NCBI GenBank assembly: GCA_965198005.1
Contig: CBDAOI010000004.1
Span: 1,408,001-1,472,000, forward strand
Reading direction: 5' to 3'
DNA length: 64,000 nucleotides
Source of the DNA: Spirochaetia bacterium
GTDB lineage: Bacteria > Spirochaetota > Spirochaetia > SZUA-6 > Bin103
Part shown: piece by piece, positions 1-9,388 of the stretch
Layout: each line of letters begins with the position of its first letter
How positions within the stretch are numbered: position 1 is the first letter of the stretch
Translations under genes and position numbers: made by a program
Notes under the pieces: generated by a model
What the model was told of the DNA's origin: nothing
The model's database searches: none
The model's input: the letters and a program-made list of their open reading frames with translations, nothing else

Positions 1-479
1 GCCAGGCCGATGATGGCCGCGGTGCGCCCTACGTAGTCGGCGGCAGTATCCTGGCGAATCGCCGAGTAGATGCCGACTGGCAGCGCTATCAAGAGCCCGA
101 TTACGATTGCCATGACACCGAGCTCAAGGGTCACCGGCAATCTACCTATTATCTTTTCCTCTATCGAAACAGGGCCGCCCCACAGTGATCCGCCAAAGGT
201 GCCCTGGAGGATACCGTTGAAGTGGGACTCACCGGTAATCGAGTCAGGGGTAGGCAACACTCCTATCCAACGTCCGTACTGTACGTGCACAGGCACGTCT
301 AATCCCAGCATGCGCTCGAGAGCTTCACGGTCGATATCACCGTCCGTGTAATCCATCCGACCCATCATCGTATCTATTACATCACCCGGGAGGAAGTGGA
401 CCGAGAGAAAGACCAGGATGGTCAGTAAAAATAAGGTGGGGATTATCAGGAGTAATCGCCTGACTATATAGGCTCTTAT
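1..479 (-). CDS. Peptide/nickel ABC transporter permease (DppB/OppB-like), 5' part, runs off window start
   Basis: Manual minus-strand translation (not in ORF track): (I)RAYIVRRLLLIIPTLFLLTILVFLSVHFLPGDVID...RLPVTLELG...LPVGIYSAIRQDTAADYVGR. The Met-equivalent codon is ATA (479-477), 9 nt after a GAGGAG SD. Confidence 0.85.
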   Translation of the reverse strand, partial: MRAYIVRRLLLIIPTLFLLTILVFLSVHFLPGDVIDTMMGRMDYTDGDIDREALERMLGLDVPVHVQYGRWIGVLPTPDSITGESHFNGILQGTFGGSLWGGPVSIEEKIIGRLPVTLELGVMAIVIGLLIALPVGIYSAIRQDTAADYVGRTAAIIGL

Positions 480-496
480 GTGATACTACTCCTCTT

Positions 497-578
497 CATT
501 GCGAGCCCCGAACCATCGAGGCGTGGCAATCTCGTCGTCCCCAACCAGATCGCTTCGTCGTTAACGCCACTCGCAATG
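497..578. repeat. REP/RPE-like palindromic intergenic element
   Basis: Terminal inverted repeat CATTGCGAG (497-505) / CTCGCAATG (570-578) with inner GCAATCT / AGATCGC arms, between the SBP and permease genes. Confidence 0.6.
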
Positions 579-589
579 GCTTCGCGTAT

Positions 590-624
590 GGGAGCTGGGA
601 GGTTTGCCCCCCCAGCTCCCTTTT
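590..624. terminator. GC-rich stem-loop downstream of the SBP gene (terminator or mRNA-stabilising hairpin)
   Basis: GGGAGCTGGG (590-599) pairs with CCCAGCTCCC (611-620). The T-run is on the + side only. Confidence 0.5.
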
Positions 625-655
625 CCCCTGAGGTCAGCCACAAGGGGTGAAACCC

Positions 656-2467
656 CTAACGACCCATCTCTGCCTTCAGCTCCTGGTCAATCCAGACGCG
701 GGCCAACAAGGCCCTAAATTGATGATTTCCCATATGCGCTTCGCCGTTATACCCTTTGACCCACGGCTGACTCACTTGATACTGTGGAGAATCGGGGCCC
801 CATATCATCCAGTGCTTCCCTATTGCATACTGATCTGCCTCTCGGAACAACCTCTGGTACTCTTCGAAGTCACTAGTAGCTCGAAGGGTATCAATCATGG
901 CATCATAATCCGGGTCGCTGACCGCGGCGGCATTCCACGGGGAGCCTGTATAGAAGACAGACACTCGACCCTCACCAAAGTAGTGCGCGCCTGAACTCCC
1001 CGAGCGAAGAAGCTCAAAAGAAGCTCTTGAACCTTTCGCTAGCCACTCAGCGGCTGGCAGTACCCGAATCTCTAGATCAATACCAATCTCGCGCCAATAG
1101 AAGGCCACCAATTCGTAATAGTCAACAGAGTTCCATGGGCCAAGGATCACGGAGGTCTTGAATCGAATGCCGTCCGGACCGCGCGGTAACCCGGCCTCGT
1201 CAAGGAGATTGTCGGCGCCTTCTGTATCGTACATATAGCCCTTCTTCAACTCTTCGGGCCACTCATCAAACGGGACGAACCACCCTGTGAGAGATTCTCC
1301 TACCTGACCGTGAGGTGTCGTATCTGCACGACCATGAAAGAAGGTATCGTTAATTGTCTCCAGATCCAGTGCCATCTGCATAGCCTTTCGCACCCTGATG
1401 TCATCAAGCGGCGGCACATTAACGTTCACTCCCAAAGCGAAGTCCGAGCGGGAAAAATAGGGCCATTGTGCTATTTCCGGGTTGGTATTTGCGAGACTCA
1501 TCACCGGGTCTATAGTCCGTATCATGCCGCCACCGGTAGCGTAACCCAAATAGTCAATCTTGCCCGAGCGCAGTGCCGCCAGACGGGTTGCCTCTTCTTG
1601 CATCAACAAGTCTATTATCTTGTCAACATAGGGCAGGCGGTTCTCCGGGTACTTTTCGTCGAAGCCCCAGTAGTTCGGGTTCCTTTCAAAGGTTAGAGAG
1701 CTTCCCTCGACATAGTCGGTCAGCATAAACGGCCCCGTGCCGACCAGGTTCCTCCAATCTTTGGCATCGCCGTGTTGCTTTATTACATCCGGGGGATACA
1801 TCCAAAGGGTATTGTAATCGAGGATCTGCCTCAACGCAAAAAAGTGTGGCCGCTCCAGCTTAAAGACAACCGTCCACTTGTCGCTGGCCGCTATCGATTC
1901 GATTGCCACCTGGCCCAGAGCGCCAATTGCTGGGCTAGGTTCGGTGAAGCCGCTGCCCAGACCCAATAGACGGTGATAGTTATATACCATGTCATCAGCA
2001 GTAAACTCCCGACCGTTCATTGGTGCCTTATCGTGCCAGTGAACGCCCCTGCGGATGTTGAGAACGATCGTTGTATCGTCGGGCGTTTCCCAGGTTTCAG
2101 CCAATGCTCCTCTTAAAACCCAGGCAGGTGTGTCGGCACTAGTTGTCGGCCATTCGTTCCTATCTATAGCCCAGTCCACTATAGTTGGCTTCTCTAGAAC
2201 GCCATTTTTTTCGGCGAGACCGAAATTGTGACCCCACCAACTGTCACTGTGCTCCAACACCGCCGAAGCCCAGCCGGTGGTTAATGTCCCGCCATATCGT
2301 GGGGCCTCTACCATCTTGCCGGTTCCGGGGTCTAGCACCATCTCTTTCGCGGCGGCGGATGCGGAATCGTCGCTGTCGCTGCCGCCGGCGGCCCAGAGGC
2401 CGGCTGCGGTCAGAATCAGGACCAACGCAACCGCGAAGGTCATTCTAATACTTACAATATATTTCAT
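656..2467 (-). CDS. ABC transporter substrate-binding protein, family 5
   Basis: PRYGGTLT, GALAETWETPDDTTIVLNIRRGVHWHD, VGTGPFMLTDYVEGSSLTFERNPNYW, DIRVRKAMQMALD. Start moved to ATG 2467 after a GGAGAG SD; N-terminal signal peptide. Confidence 0.92.
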   Translation of the reverse strand: MKYIVSIRMTFAVALVLILTAAGLWAAGGSDSDDSASAAAKEMVLDPGTGKMVEAPRYGGTLTTGWASAVLEHSDSWWGHNFGLAEKNGVLEKPTIVDWAIDRNEWPTTSADTPAWVLRGALAETWETPDDTTIVLNIRRGVHWHDKAPMNGREFTADDMVYNYHRLLGLGSGFTEPSPAIGALGQVAIESIAASDKWTVVFKLERPHFFALRQILDYNTLWMYPPDVIKQHGDAKDWRNLVGTGPFMLTDYVEGSSLTFERNPNYWGFDEKYPENRLPYVDKIIDLLMQEEATRLAALRSGKIDYLGYATGGGMIRTIDPVMSLANTNPEIAQWPYFSRSDFALGVNVNVPPLDDIRVRKAMQMALDLETINDTFFHGRADTTPHGQVGESLTGWFVPFDEWPEELKKGYMYDTEGADNLLDEAGLPRGPDGIRFKTSVILGPWNSVDYYELVAFYWREIGIDLEIRVLPAAEWLAKGSRASFELLRSGSSGAHYFGEGRVSVFYTGSPWNAAAVSDPDYDAMIDTLRATSDFEEYQRLFREADQYAIGKHWMIWGPDSPQYQVSQPWVKGYNGEAHMGNHQFRALLARVWIDQELKAEMGR

Positions 2468-2492
2468 GGTTCTCTCCATAAAATGTGTTCTC

Positions 2493-2628
2493 GAGAGTAT
2501 TGCGGGGCGGATTGCCGCTCCCTGGCTACTCTCAGGCGCGCAACGCTTGCTGCCAGTCTGAGTCAAATTCTCGGAAGCGCGCGGCGTGTGACTCATCCGG
2601 GTTTACCCCGGCTCACGCCGCGCGCGCC
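2493..2628 (-). promoter_or_regulatory. Candidate structured 5' leader of the SBP gene
   Basis: Perfect 12-bp stem 2577-2588/2614-2625, inner CCGGG/CCCGG hairpin, TGAGTCA (2559-2565) complementary to TGACTCA (2589-2595), second stem 2493-2499/2527-2533. Confidence 0.35.
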
Positions 2629-2966
2629 TATGGCTCTTTGAGTATCATTTTGCACCCCCTTTTCTTGCTGTTGGGTGCCCCGACGGGACGGTGGCTCGGC
2701 CATAGGGCCGGCCGGCGCCGCAGCTAGCGCGCATCTCACGTCGAGAACTCTGTTCGGGCACAGATGTGTCGGTTGTCTGTATAGAGGTGCCGGCAAGCGT
2801 CCCTACGCATGCTGCTGTGGACCGGTGCAGTTTGCGGCCGACGCTGTCGGCCGTTAGACGCGCGGACGCGTGGCGGCTGTGCGCCACACCGATCGCTGGT
2901 GCCGCGCTCAGCATCGGCGCCGCGCACTCGGCTGCCGTGCGGTTGGCTGAGAGGCTAGCGGCGCGC

Positions 2967-3002
2967 GGTAGTCGGGTAGTCGGGTAGTCGGGTAGTCGGG
3001 GG
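2967..3002. repeat. 8-bp tandem repeat (GGTAGTCG)x4, G-quadruplex motif
   Basis: Directly visible: GGG-TAGTC-GGG-TAGTC-GGG-TAGTC-GGGGG. Confidence 0.9.
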
Positions 3003-3006
3003 CGTT

Positions 3007-3289
3007 AGCGCTAGCCGGCCGTTGGGATGGATGGCGTCAGTCACCATACGCGGACGAGCGTAGCCGACCGCGCGCCTTTGTGCAAGCGGCCACCTAACTC
3101 GCTGCGCCAGCGCTAGCCGGCGGCTGTGCTGGCGAGTGTCAGTCACCATACGCGGACAAGCGTAGCCGGCCGCGCGCCTTTGTGCAAGCGGCCACCTAAC
3201 TCGCTGCGCCAGCGCTAGCCGGCGGGTGGGCTGGATGGCTTCGGTGACCATGCGTCGACGAGTTTAGCGGGCGGCCGAGCTTGTGTCCA
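3007..3289 (-). repeat. 102-bp-period tandem repeat; each unit carries a sigma70-like promoter followed by ATGGT(G/C)AC
   Basis: 3036-3123 and 3138-3225 are near-identical; AGCGCTAGCCGGC at 3007, 3109, 3211. Minus strand: TGGACA-17-TAAACT, TTGCAC-17-TACGCT, TTGCAC-17-TACGCT. Confidence 0.75.
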
Positions 3290-3422
3290 GCGCTTTCTTT
3301 GCGTAGGTTTGGCAGCAGGGTCAGCGCGCTCGTCTGGTCCCGCCAGCCGGCGCCCCTGCCCATTCTTCTGTGAGCGCACGTCAGTTGGGGCCCCAAAAAA
3401 GAAAGAGTCAGACGGTGATTTC

Positions 3423-5249
3423 GTGACACCGGCACTTCCGCTGCGACATATGAAGGTGATCGACCTTGCGAGTGGGGCGGCGTCGTCGGTGGGGCTGGAT
3501 CTCGCGTTGCTGGGTGCGGATGTGGTGCGGGTCGAGCCGAGAGGCGGCCACGATGATCGGCGAGCGGCGCCAGCGGTTGATGGGGTGAGCCTAGACTTCG
3601 CGATCCGCAACCTGGGCAAGCGCGGTGTCGAGCTCGATGTCGGCGATGCGGCTGATCGTGCCGCGTTTTCGGGCCTGCTCGATGATGCCGATATCCTCAT
3701 CGAGTCGACGCGTCCCGGGTCGGCCGAGGCCGCTCAACTGCGCGCGGTCGACATCGCCGCGCAGCGCCCTACCCTCGTGGTCGTATCGATCAGCGACTTC
3801 GGGCAGGCCGGTGGCTGGGGGGCCGGGGGCCGGGGGCCGGGGGGTATGCTCGGTGGCTTGCCACATCGCCGGTCCTGGAAGCGCTGAGCGGCGAGGTGGC
3901 ACGCTCGGGAATCCCTGGGCGGCCGCCGCTGCTGCTACCCGGCGACCTCGCTATCGAGTGCGCGCTGGCTCAGGCGACCTACGTCGCGTTGCTGGGCTAC
4001 GTCAATCGTCTGAAAACCGGTCACGGAGACCACATCGATTTCTCGCTGATGAGGGGAGCGAGCCAGACGCTCGATCCGGCGTTCGGCATATATGGAAGCG
4101 CGACGATGGGCATCCCGGCGAGCGAGGTGCCACGCGGACGCCCGGAGGCCGCTTCCCTGTATCCCATCGTGCCATGCGCGGATGGGTGCGTGCGCCTCTG
4201 CGTAATCACGCCGCGCCAGTGGCAGGGCATGTTCGAGTGGATGGGAAGCCCGGCCGAGCTGGCCGACCCCTCCTTGAACCAACTGGTTGCCCGACGCAGT
4301 AGTCCCGATCTATTACCGGCCGTCGGTCGTTTCTTCGCCGACAAGACGCGGGCCGACCTCGAACGGGAGGGCCAGCGCGCCGGTGTGCCGATCGCCGCGG
4401 TACTGCACGACGACGAGGTGTTGCATAGCGATCAGATGGCGGCGCGGCGGGCCTTCGTGCCGGTCGAGCTCGCCGCCGGAGTTTCGGTGCCGGTGCCGAA
4501 TGGCGTCATCGAGATCGACGGTGTGCGTGCGGGAATCGGTGCGGAAAGTGCGGGTGGCGCTGCGGGTGGGGCGGCCGGTGGGGCGGCTGCCGCTGGTGCT
4601 GCGCCACCGCCCACCGCGGGCGAGCGCGAAACGCCGAGCTGGCCCTTCGCGGGTGCGCGCCCGCTCGCCGGGCTACGCGTGCTCGATCTTGGAGTGATCG
4701 TAGTGGGTGCCGAACAGTCGCGCCTGCTCGCCGATCAAGGCGCCGAGGTCATCAAGATCGAGAACAGTGCGTTCCCGGACGGCACCCGACGGAACCGCGA
4801 TGACAGTCCCATGTCGCTGCCATTCGCGGCCGGCCACCGCAACAAACGCAGTCTGGGCCTCAATCTGCGCGATGAACGGGGCAAGCAGCTGTTCTTGAAG
4901 CTGGTCGCGCACAGCGATGTGGTCATGACCAATTTCAAGCCCGGGACGATGGAGTCGCTCGGGCTCGGGCGTCCCGGCGGCCGCCATGCTGCGCGTGCAG
5001 GAGCTGCCGGATTTCCCCCTGTTCCAGGAACAGGGTTTCTATGTCCCGGCCAGCCACCCGGCCCACCCCGACCCTTTCTTGATGGAAACCGGGCCTGCCC
5101 GCTTTTCCCACATCGCCGAGCCGGCGATGCAACCGGCGCCCTTGCTGGGTGAGCACACGCGGGAGATCGCGCGCACGCTGCTGGATCTCTCGGATACGGA
5201 GATCGAAATGATGATAGCATCGGGCGTGCTCGAAGAGAGAGGCAAATGA
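3423..5249 (+). pseudogene. CaiB/BaiF (family III) CoA-transferase, two-domain, disrupted
   Basis: LGADVVRVEP, NLGKRGVELD, ADILIESTRPG, PLAGLRVLDLG, RNKRSLGLNL, PAPLLGEHTREI in separate ORFs. Frameshift in the G-rich run 3817-3844 and apparent internal deletion near 4970. Confidence 0.8.
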
Positions 5250-6149
5250 TGGCAACCGCGACCCAGGCGACGCAGCCGACGCAGCCGATTACGACGCTGG
5301 ACGAATTCGAAGAGGAGTTTCGCAAGGGCGTGGGTCAGCACGCAGCACTTCCCGATGAACTACGCCGGCGGCACCATCGACTTCATCCGGCCGATCTGGC
5401 GCGGCGATATCATCACCGTAAATGAGCAAGTGCGCGACGTGGTGCGTAAGCACAGCGAACGCATCGGCCCGTTCTGCATCTGCTCGCAATTCTCGACCTA
5501 CACCAACCAGCGCAAGGAGCTGGTGGCCAGCAAGACGACGTTGATGGCCCGCTATCACAATCTCGGCGATGGCCAGACGATGGAGTACGACCGAGACGCG
5601 AAGGAGCAGACCCTGCAGGTGCCGCCCGATCCCCTGGTGTGGGAGCGCGAGCGCCGCGGCGCCGAGACCCGCTACTGGGAAGACGTGGTCGAGGGTGAAT
5701 CGATAGCCGATCTGGAAAAGGGCACCTACACGGTCACCGACCTGTTTCTGTTCACCCACGGCGTGTACGGCACCACGCGCGCCTCACGCTCGGCGCTCGA
5801 GGGGGAGGGATCGACCGATCTCGGTGGCGGCGGCCGCTTCGACGAGGAGCACGCGAAGATGCGCCGCAACATGCCGGGCCAGTTCGACTGGGGCCCGCAG
5901 CGGGTGTGCTGGATGAGCCAGATCGCCACCGACTGGATGGGCGACGACGGCACGCTCAGGAAGATGGACAGCAAGGTGCGTCACCCCAACGTCGTGGGCG
6001 ACACCAACACCGTACGCGGGGAGGTGGCGCGCAAGTACCGGCAGGACGGCGAGCACCTGGTCGACCTCGACGTTCGGGTCGAGAATCAGACCGGCCTGGC
6101 CACCGCGTTCAGCCGGGTGACCGTGGCCCTGCCCACGCGCGCAGCTTAG
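5246..6149 (+). pseudogene. MaoC/hot-dog-fold acyl dehydratase-like protein; N-terminus out of frame
   Basis: IDFIRPIWRGDIIT, RYWEDVVEGE, TDWMGDDGTL, RHPNVVGDT. The coupled ATG at 5246 (MMATATQ...) is in a different frame from ORF 5355-6149. Confidence 0.65.
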
Positions 6150-6266
6150 GGCGCGGGTCACTATCTAGCTGTCAGACCCGGTGGCAACGTGCGTCTCGCG
6201 GCGGACTTGGCGCTATTGGCGCTAATTGCGCTTGTTACTGGTCTTTATTAGCGCTATTCTGTGGGC

Positions 6267-7400
6267 ATGGTGCTCCCAAGGTCCCTGCTACCGCTGATAC
6301 AAGAGAAAATCGAGCGCTCAGACAAGATCGTCATCCTCTACGGGCCCCGACAGGTCGGCAAGACGACGCTGGTCGGCCAGATCGTCGACCGCTCACCTTT
6401 GCGGACGCTGCTGGTGAACGGCGACGAGATCCGCTATGCCGATGCGTTGTCGAGCCGGGATTCGCGCGTGCTCGAGGGTCTGGTCAAGGGCTACGAGCTG
6501 CTCGTAATCGACGAAGCGCAGCGGATCCCCGACATCGGTATCAATCTCAAGATCCTGCACGACTCCCTGCCGGCGCTCAGGATCATCGCCACGGGCTCGT
6601 CATCCTTCGAGCTGGCAAATCGGGTCTCCGAGCCTCTTACCGGCAGAACCTGGACCTACGTGCTCTACCCCGTCGCGGTGCACGAGCTGGCGCTGACCCA
6701 CAATCCCTTCGAGTTGCGTGAGCTGCTCGGGGACATGCTCGTCTTCGGTTCCTATCCAGAAATACAGACCATGGGCGGCGACCTGGAACGGAGCGAGCTC
6801 TTGCGGGAGATCTGTAGCTCCTACCTCTACAAGGACATCCTCGAGCTGACCGGCATCCGCAACCGCGACAAGATCGCCGACCTGCTGCGGCTCCTGGCCT
6901 ATCAGGTCGGATCGCAGGTATCGCTCGAAGAAATTGGCAGAAAGCTGGGTATGGGCAAGGATACCGTCAGCTCCTACATCGATCTGCTGGAACAGTCGTT
7001 CGTGGTGTTTCGCCTGCCGGGTTTCAGCCGGAATCTCAGAAAGGAGGTCGTGAAGACCAAGAAGATCTTCTTCTACGATCTCGGCATCCGCAACGCCCTC
7101 ATCGACAATCTCAAGCGGCTGCCGGCCAGGAACGACGTCGGGCAACTATGGGAGAACTTTCTGATCATCGAGCGGCTCAAGACCTTGTCGTACGAGCGGA
7201 GGACGGCAAACCGCTACTTCTGGCGCACTTACACGGGCGCCGAGATCGACTACGTGGAGGAAGCCGGTGGTCGCCTCCACGGCTTCGAGTTTACGTTCGG
7301 CAACAAGGTAAAGAAGGCGCCCCGCACGTGGACGGAGACCTATCCTGAAGCCACATGGCAGCGCGTCGACACCCGCAACTATCTGGACTTCTTGAGCTGA
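6267..7400 (+). CDS. AAA+ superfamily ATPase (AAA_14 + DUF4143 type)
   Basis: Walker A GPRQVGKTT, Walker B LLVIDEAQ, TGSSS, KKIFFYDLGIRN, C-terminal YFWRT...EIDYVE. Confidence 0.9.
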   Translation: MVLPRSLLPLIQEKIERSDKIVILYGPRQVGKTTLVGQIVDRSPLRTLLVNGDEIRYADALSSRDSRVLEGLVKGYELLVIDEAQRIPDIGINLKILHDSLPALRIIATGSSSFELANRVSEPLTGRTWTYVLYPVAVHELALTHNPFELRELLGDMLVFGSYPEIQTMGGDLERSELLREICSSYLYKDILELTGIRNRDKIADLLRLLAYQVGSQVSLEEIGRKLGMGKDTVSSYIDLLEQSFVVFRLPGFSRNLRKEVVKTKKIFFYDLGIRNALIDNLKRLPARNDVGQLWENFLIIERLKTLSYERRTANRYFWRTYTGAEIDYVEEAGGRLHGFEFTFGNKVKKAPRTWTETYPEATWQRVDTRNYLDFLS

Positions 7401-9388
7401 TCGACGTCGAGCTGATCTGCGATCGTCAGCTTGATGAGCAGCTGACCTTCGGCGACCGCATCGCCGGCTCGACACACGAGCCGGCTGACGGCGGCGTCGG
7501 CCGGCGCCTCCAGTACGTGCTCCATCTTCATCGCTTTTAGGATTACCAGCGGCTGACGCGCGCGCACGCGCTGGCCTTCCTCCACGAGCATGCGCACGAT
7601 GGTGCCCGGCGTCGGGGCGCTGACCAGACTGGAAGCGGCGCTGGGCGGCCCTACCGTGCCCGCGCCATCGAGGCCGCCTTCGGCTTCCACCTCGTGCTCA
7701 CTTTCGGCGACCGCGTCACGTTCGCCGACTGCACCGAACGATAGCCGCCAGCGACGTTGGGCCCCGGCCAAGCGACTGCCGGCGACGGCGAACGAGCGGC
7801 CCTGGTAGCCGAACGACAGCGTCACGGTACCGTCCCCCCGCCAGGCGCCGAGGGCATCCCACGGGTCTATGCCCGCCGTGCTGTGGCGCGGCAGCAGGCT
7901 GACAACGGCCGCTGCCGCGAGCACCTCGTCGCCCAGGCGCGGGGCTAGCTCCTCCTCGGGCAGCGCCGCCGCAGTTGCGGGCGTTGCCGGAGACAGCGCC
8001 ACCGCAGTTGCCGCCGTCGCCAGGGCCGCCGGGGGCGACAGGGCCGCCGGGGCCACCAGAGTCGCCAGCGTGGTCAGGTCCGCGGCGCCCGAGACGAAGG
8101 GTGGATGCCGAAGCACGGCGGCGAGCAGGCCGAGGTTGGTCTGCACGCTGTCGACGGCGTAGGCGGCCAGGGCGCGCTGGCAGCGTTCGATCGCAACTGC
8201 CCGCGAGGCGCCGTGAACCATCAGCTTGGCGATGAGCGGGTCATACGCCATCGAGACGACCGACCCTGTTTCGACGCCGACGTCGTTGCGGATGCCCTCG
8301 CCCGCCGGCGGCGCGAAGTAGTCGAGCCGCCCCGATGAAGGCAGGTAGTCGCGCGTCGGCTGCTCGGCGTAGATGCGACATTCGATGGCATGGCCCGACA
8401 GCGTCACCTCCTCCTGAGCGAAGCCGATCGGCTCCCCCGCAGCAATACGCAGCTGCAGCGCAACCAGGTCGTGACCGCTTGTCAGCTCGGTGACTCCGTG
8501 CTCAACCTGCAAGCGGGTGTTCATCTCCAGGAAGTAGAACTCACCGCTCGGGTCGAGCAGGAACTCGACGGTACCGGCGTTGCGGTAGCCGGCCGCGCGC
8601 GCGATGCGCACCGCCGCTTCACCCAGCCGCGCTCGCAACGCCTCGTCGACCGCGGGCGAGGGGCTCTCTTCGATCACCTTCTGGTAGCGCCGTTGGATCG
8701 AGCAATCGCGCTCGCCGAGGTGCACCGCGCCGTCGTGGGCGTCGGCCAGCACCTGCACCTCGATATGGCGACCGCCCACGACTGCGCGCTCCAGCAGCAG
8801 ACGAGCGTCGCCGAAGGCGGCGGCAGCCTCGCGACCGGCCGCCTCGAGCGCCTCCTGCAGCTCGCCCCGATCGCGTACCAGCCGCATACCGCGGCCACCG
8901 CCACCGGCGGCAGCTTTCACCATCACCGGATACCCAATCGCCTCGGCGCCCGCCAGCAGCGCTGCCACATCATGCTGCCCCGCCTCGCTCCCCGGCAGCA
9001 CCGGTACGCCGCTGCCGACGGCCAGCTGGCGCGCCGCAGCTTTGTCGCCCATCGCCCGCATCGCCGACGGCGGCGGGCCGACGAACACGATGCCGGCGGC
9101 CGCGCACGCCTCGGCGAAGTCGGCATTCTCGGACAGAAAGCCGTAGCCGGGGTGAATGGCGTCGGCCGCGGTTGCGTGCGCCGCCTCGACGAGCGCCGCG
9201 CCCGCGAGGTAGCTCTCGGTGGCACGGGCCGGCCCGATGCGCACGCGCTCGTCGGCGCAGCGGGTGTGCAACGCATCGCGGTCGGCGTCCGAATAGACTG
9301 CCACCGTGCGCACGCCCAACTGCCGGCAGGTGCGAAAGATGCGCAGCGCGATCTCGCCGCGGTTGGCGACTAAGACCTTGCCGAACAT
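7379..9388 (-). CDS. Acyl-CoA carboxylase alpha subunit (biotin carboxylase + biotin carrier)
   Basis: KVLVANRGEIA, HPGYGFLSENA, GGGGRGMR, ERDCSIQRR, FLEMNTRLQVEH, AMKM biotin site. The 3' end overlaps the convergent ATPase by 22 nt. Confidence 0.9.
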   Translation of the reverse strand: MFGKVLVANRGEIALRIFRTCRQLGVRTVAVYSDADRDALHTRCADERVRIGPARATESYLAGAALVEAAHATAADAIHPGYGFLSENADFAEACAAAGIVFVGPPPSAMRAMGDKAAARQLAVGSGVPVLPGSEAGQHDVAALLAGAEAIGYPVMVKAAAGGGGRGMRLVRDRGELQEALEAAGREAAAAFGDARLLLERAVVGGRHIEVQVLADAHDGAVHLGERDCSIQRRYQKVIEESPSPAVDEALRARLGEAAVRIARAAGYRNAGTVEFLLDPSGEFYFLEMNTRLQVEHGVTELTSGHDLVALQLRIAAGEPIGFAQEEVTLSGHAIECRIYAEQPTRDYLPSSGRLDYFAPPAGEGIRNDVGVETGSVVSMAYDPLIAKLMVHGASRAVAIERCQRALAAYAVDSVQTNLGLLAAVLRHPPFVSGAADLTTLATLVAPAALSPPAALATAATAVALSPATPATAAALPEEELAPRLGDEVLAAAAVVSLLPRHSTAGIDPWDALGAWRGDGTVTLSFGYQGRSFAVAGSRLAGAQRRWRLSFGAVGERDAVAESEHEVEAEGGLDGAGTVGPPSAASSLVSAPTPGTIVRMLVEEGQRVRARQPLVILKAMKMEHVLEAPADAAVSRLVCRAGDAVAEGQLLIKLTIADQLDVDQLKKSR

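Noticed and set aside
2797-2861. Integron attC-like site (GTCTAAC on the minus strand; also GTTAGGT in the 102-bp units)
   Set aside because: The partner box is not GTTRRRY, pairing is poor, and there is no integrase or cassette ORF.
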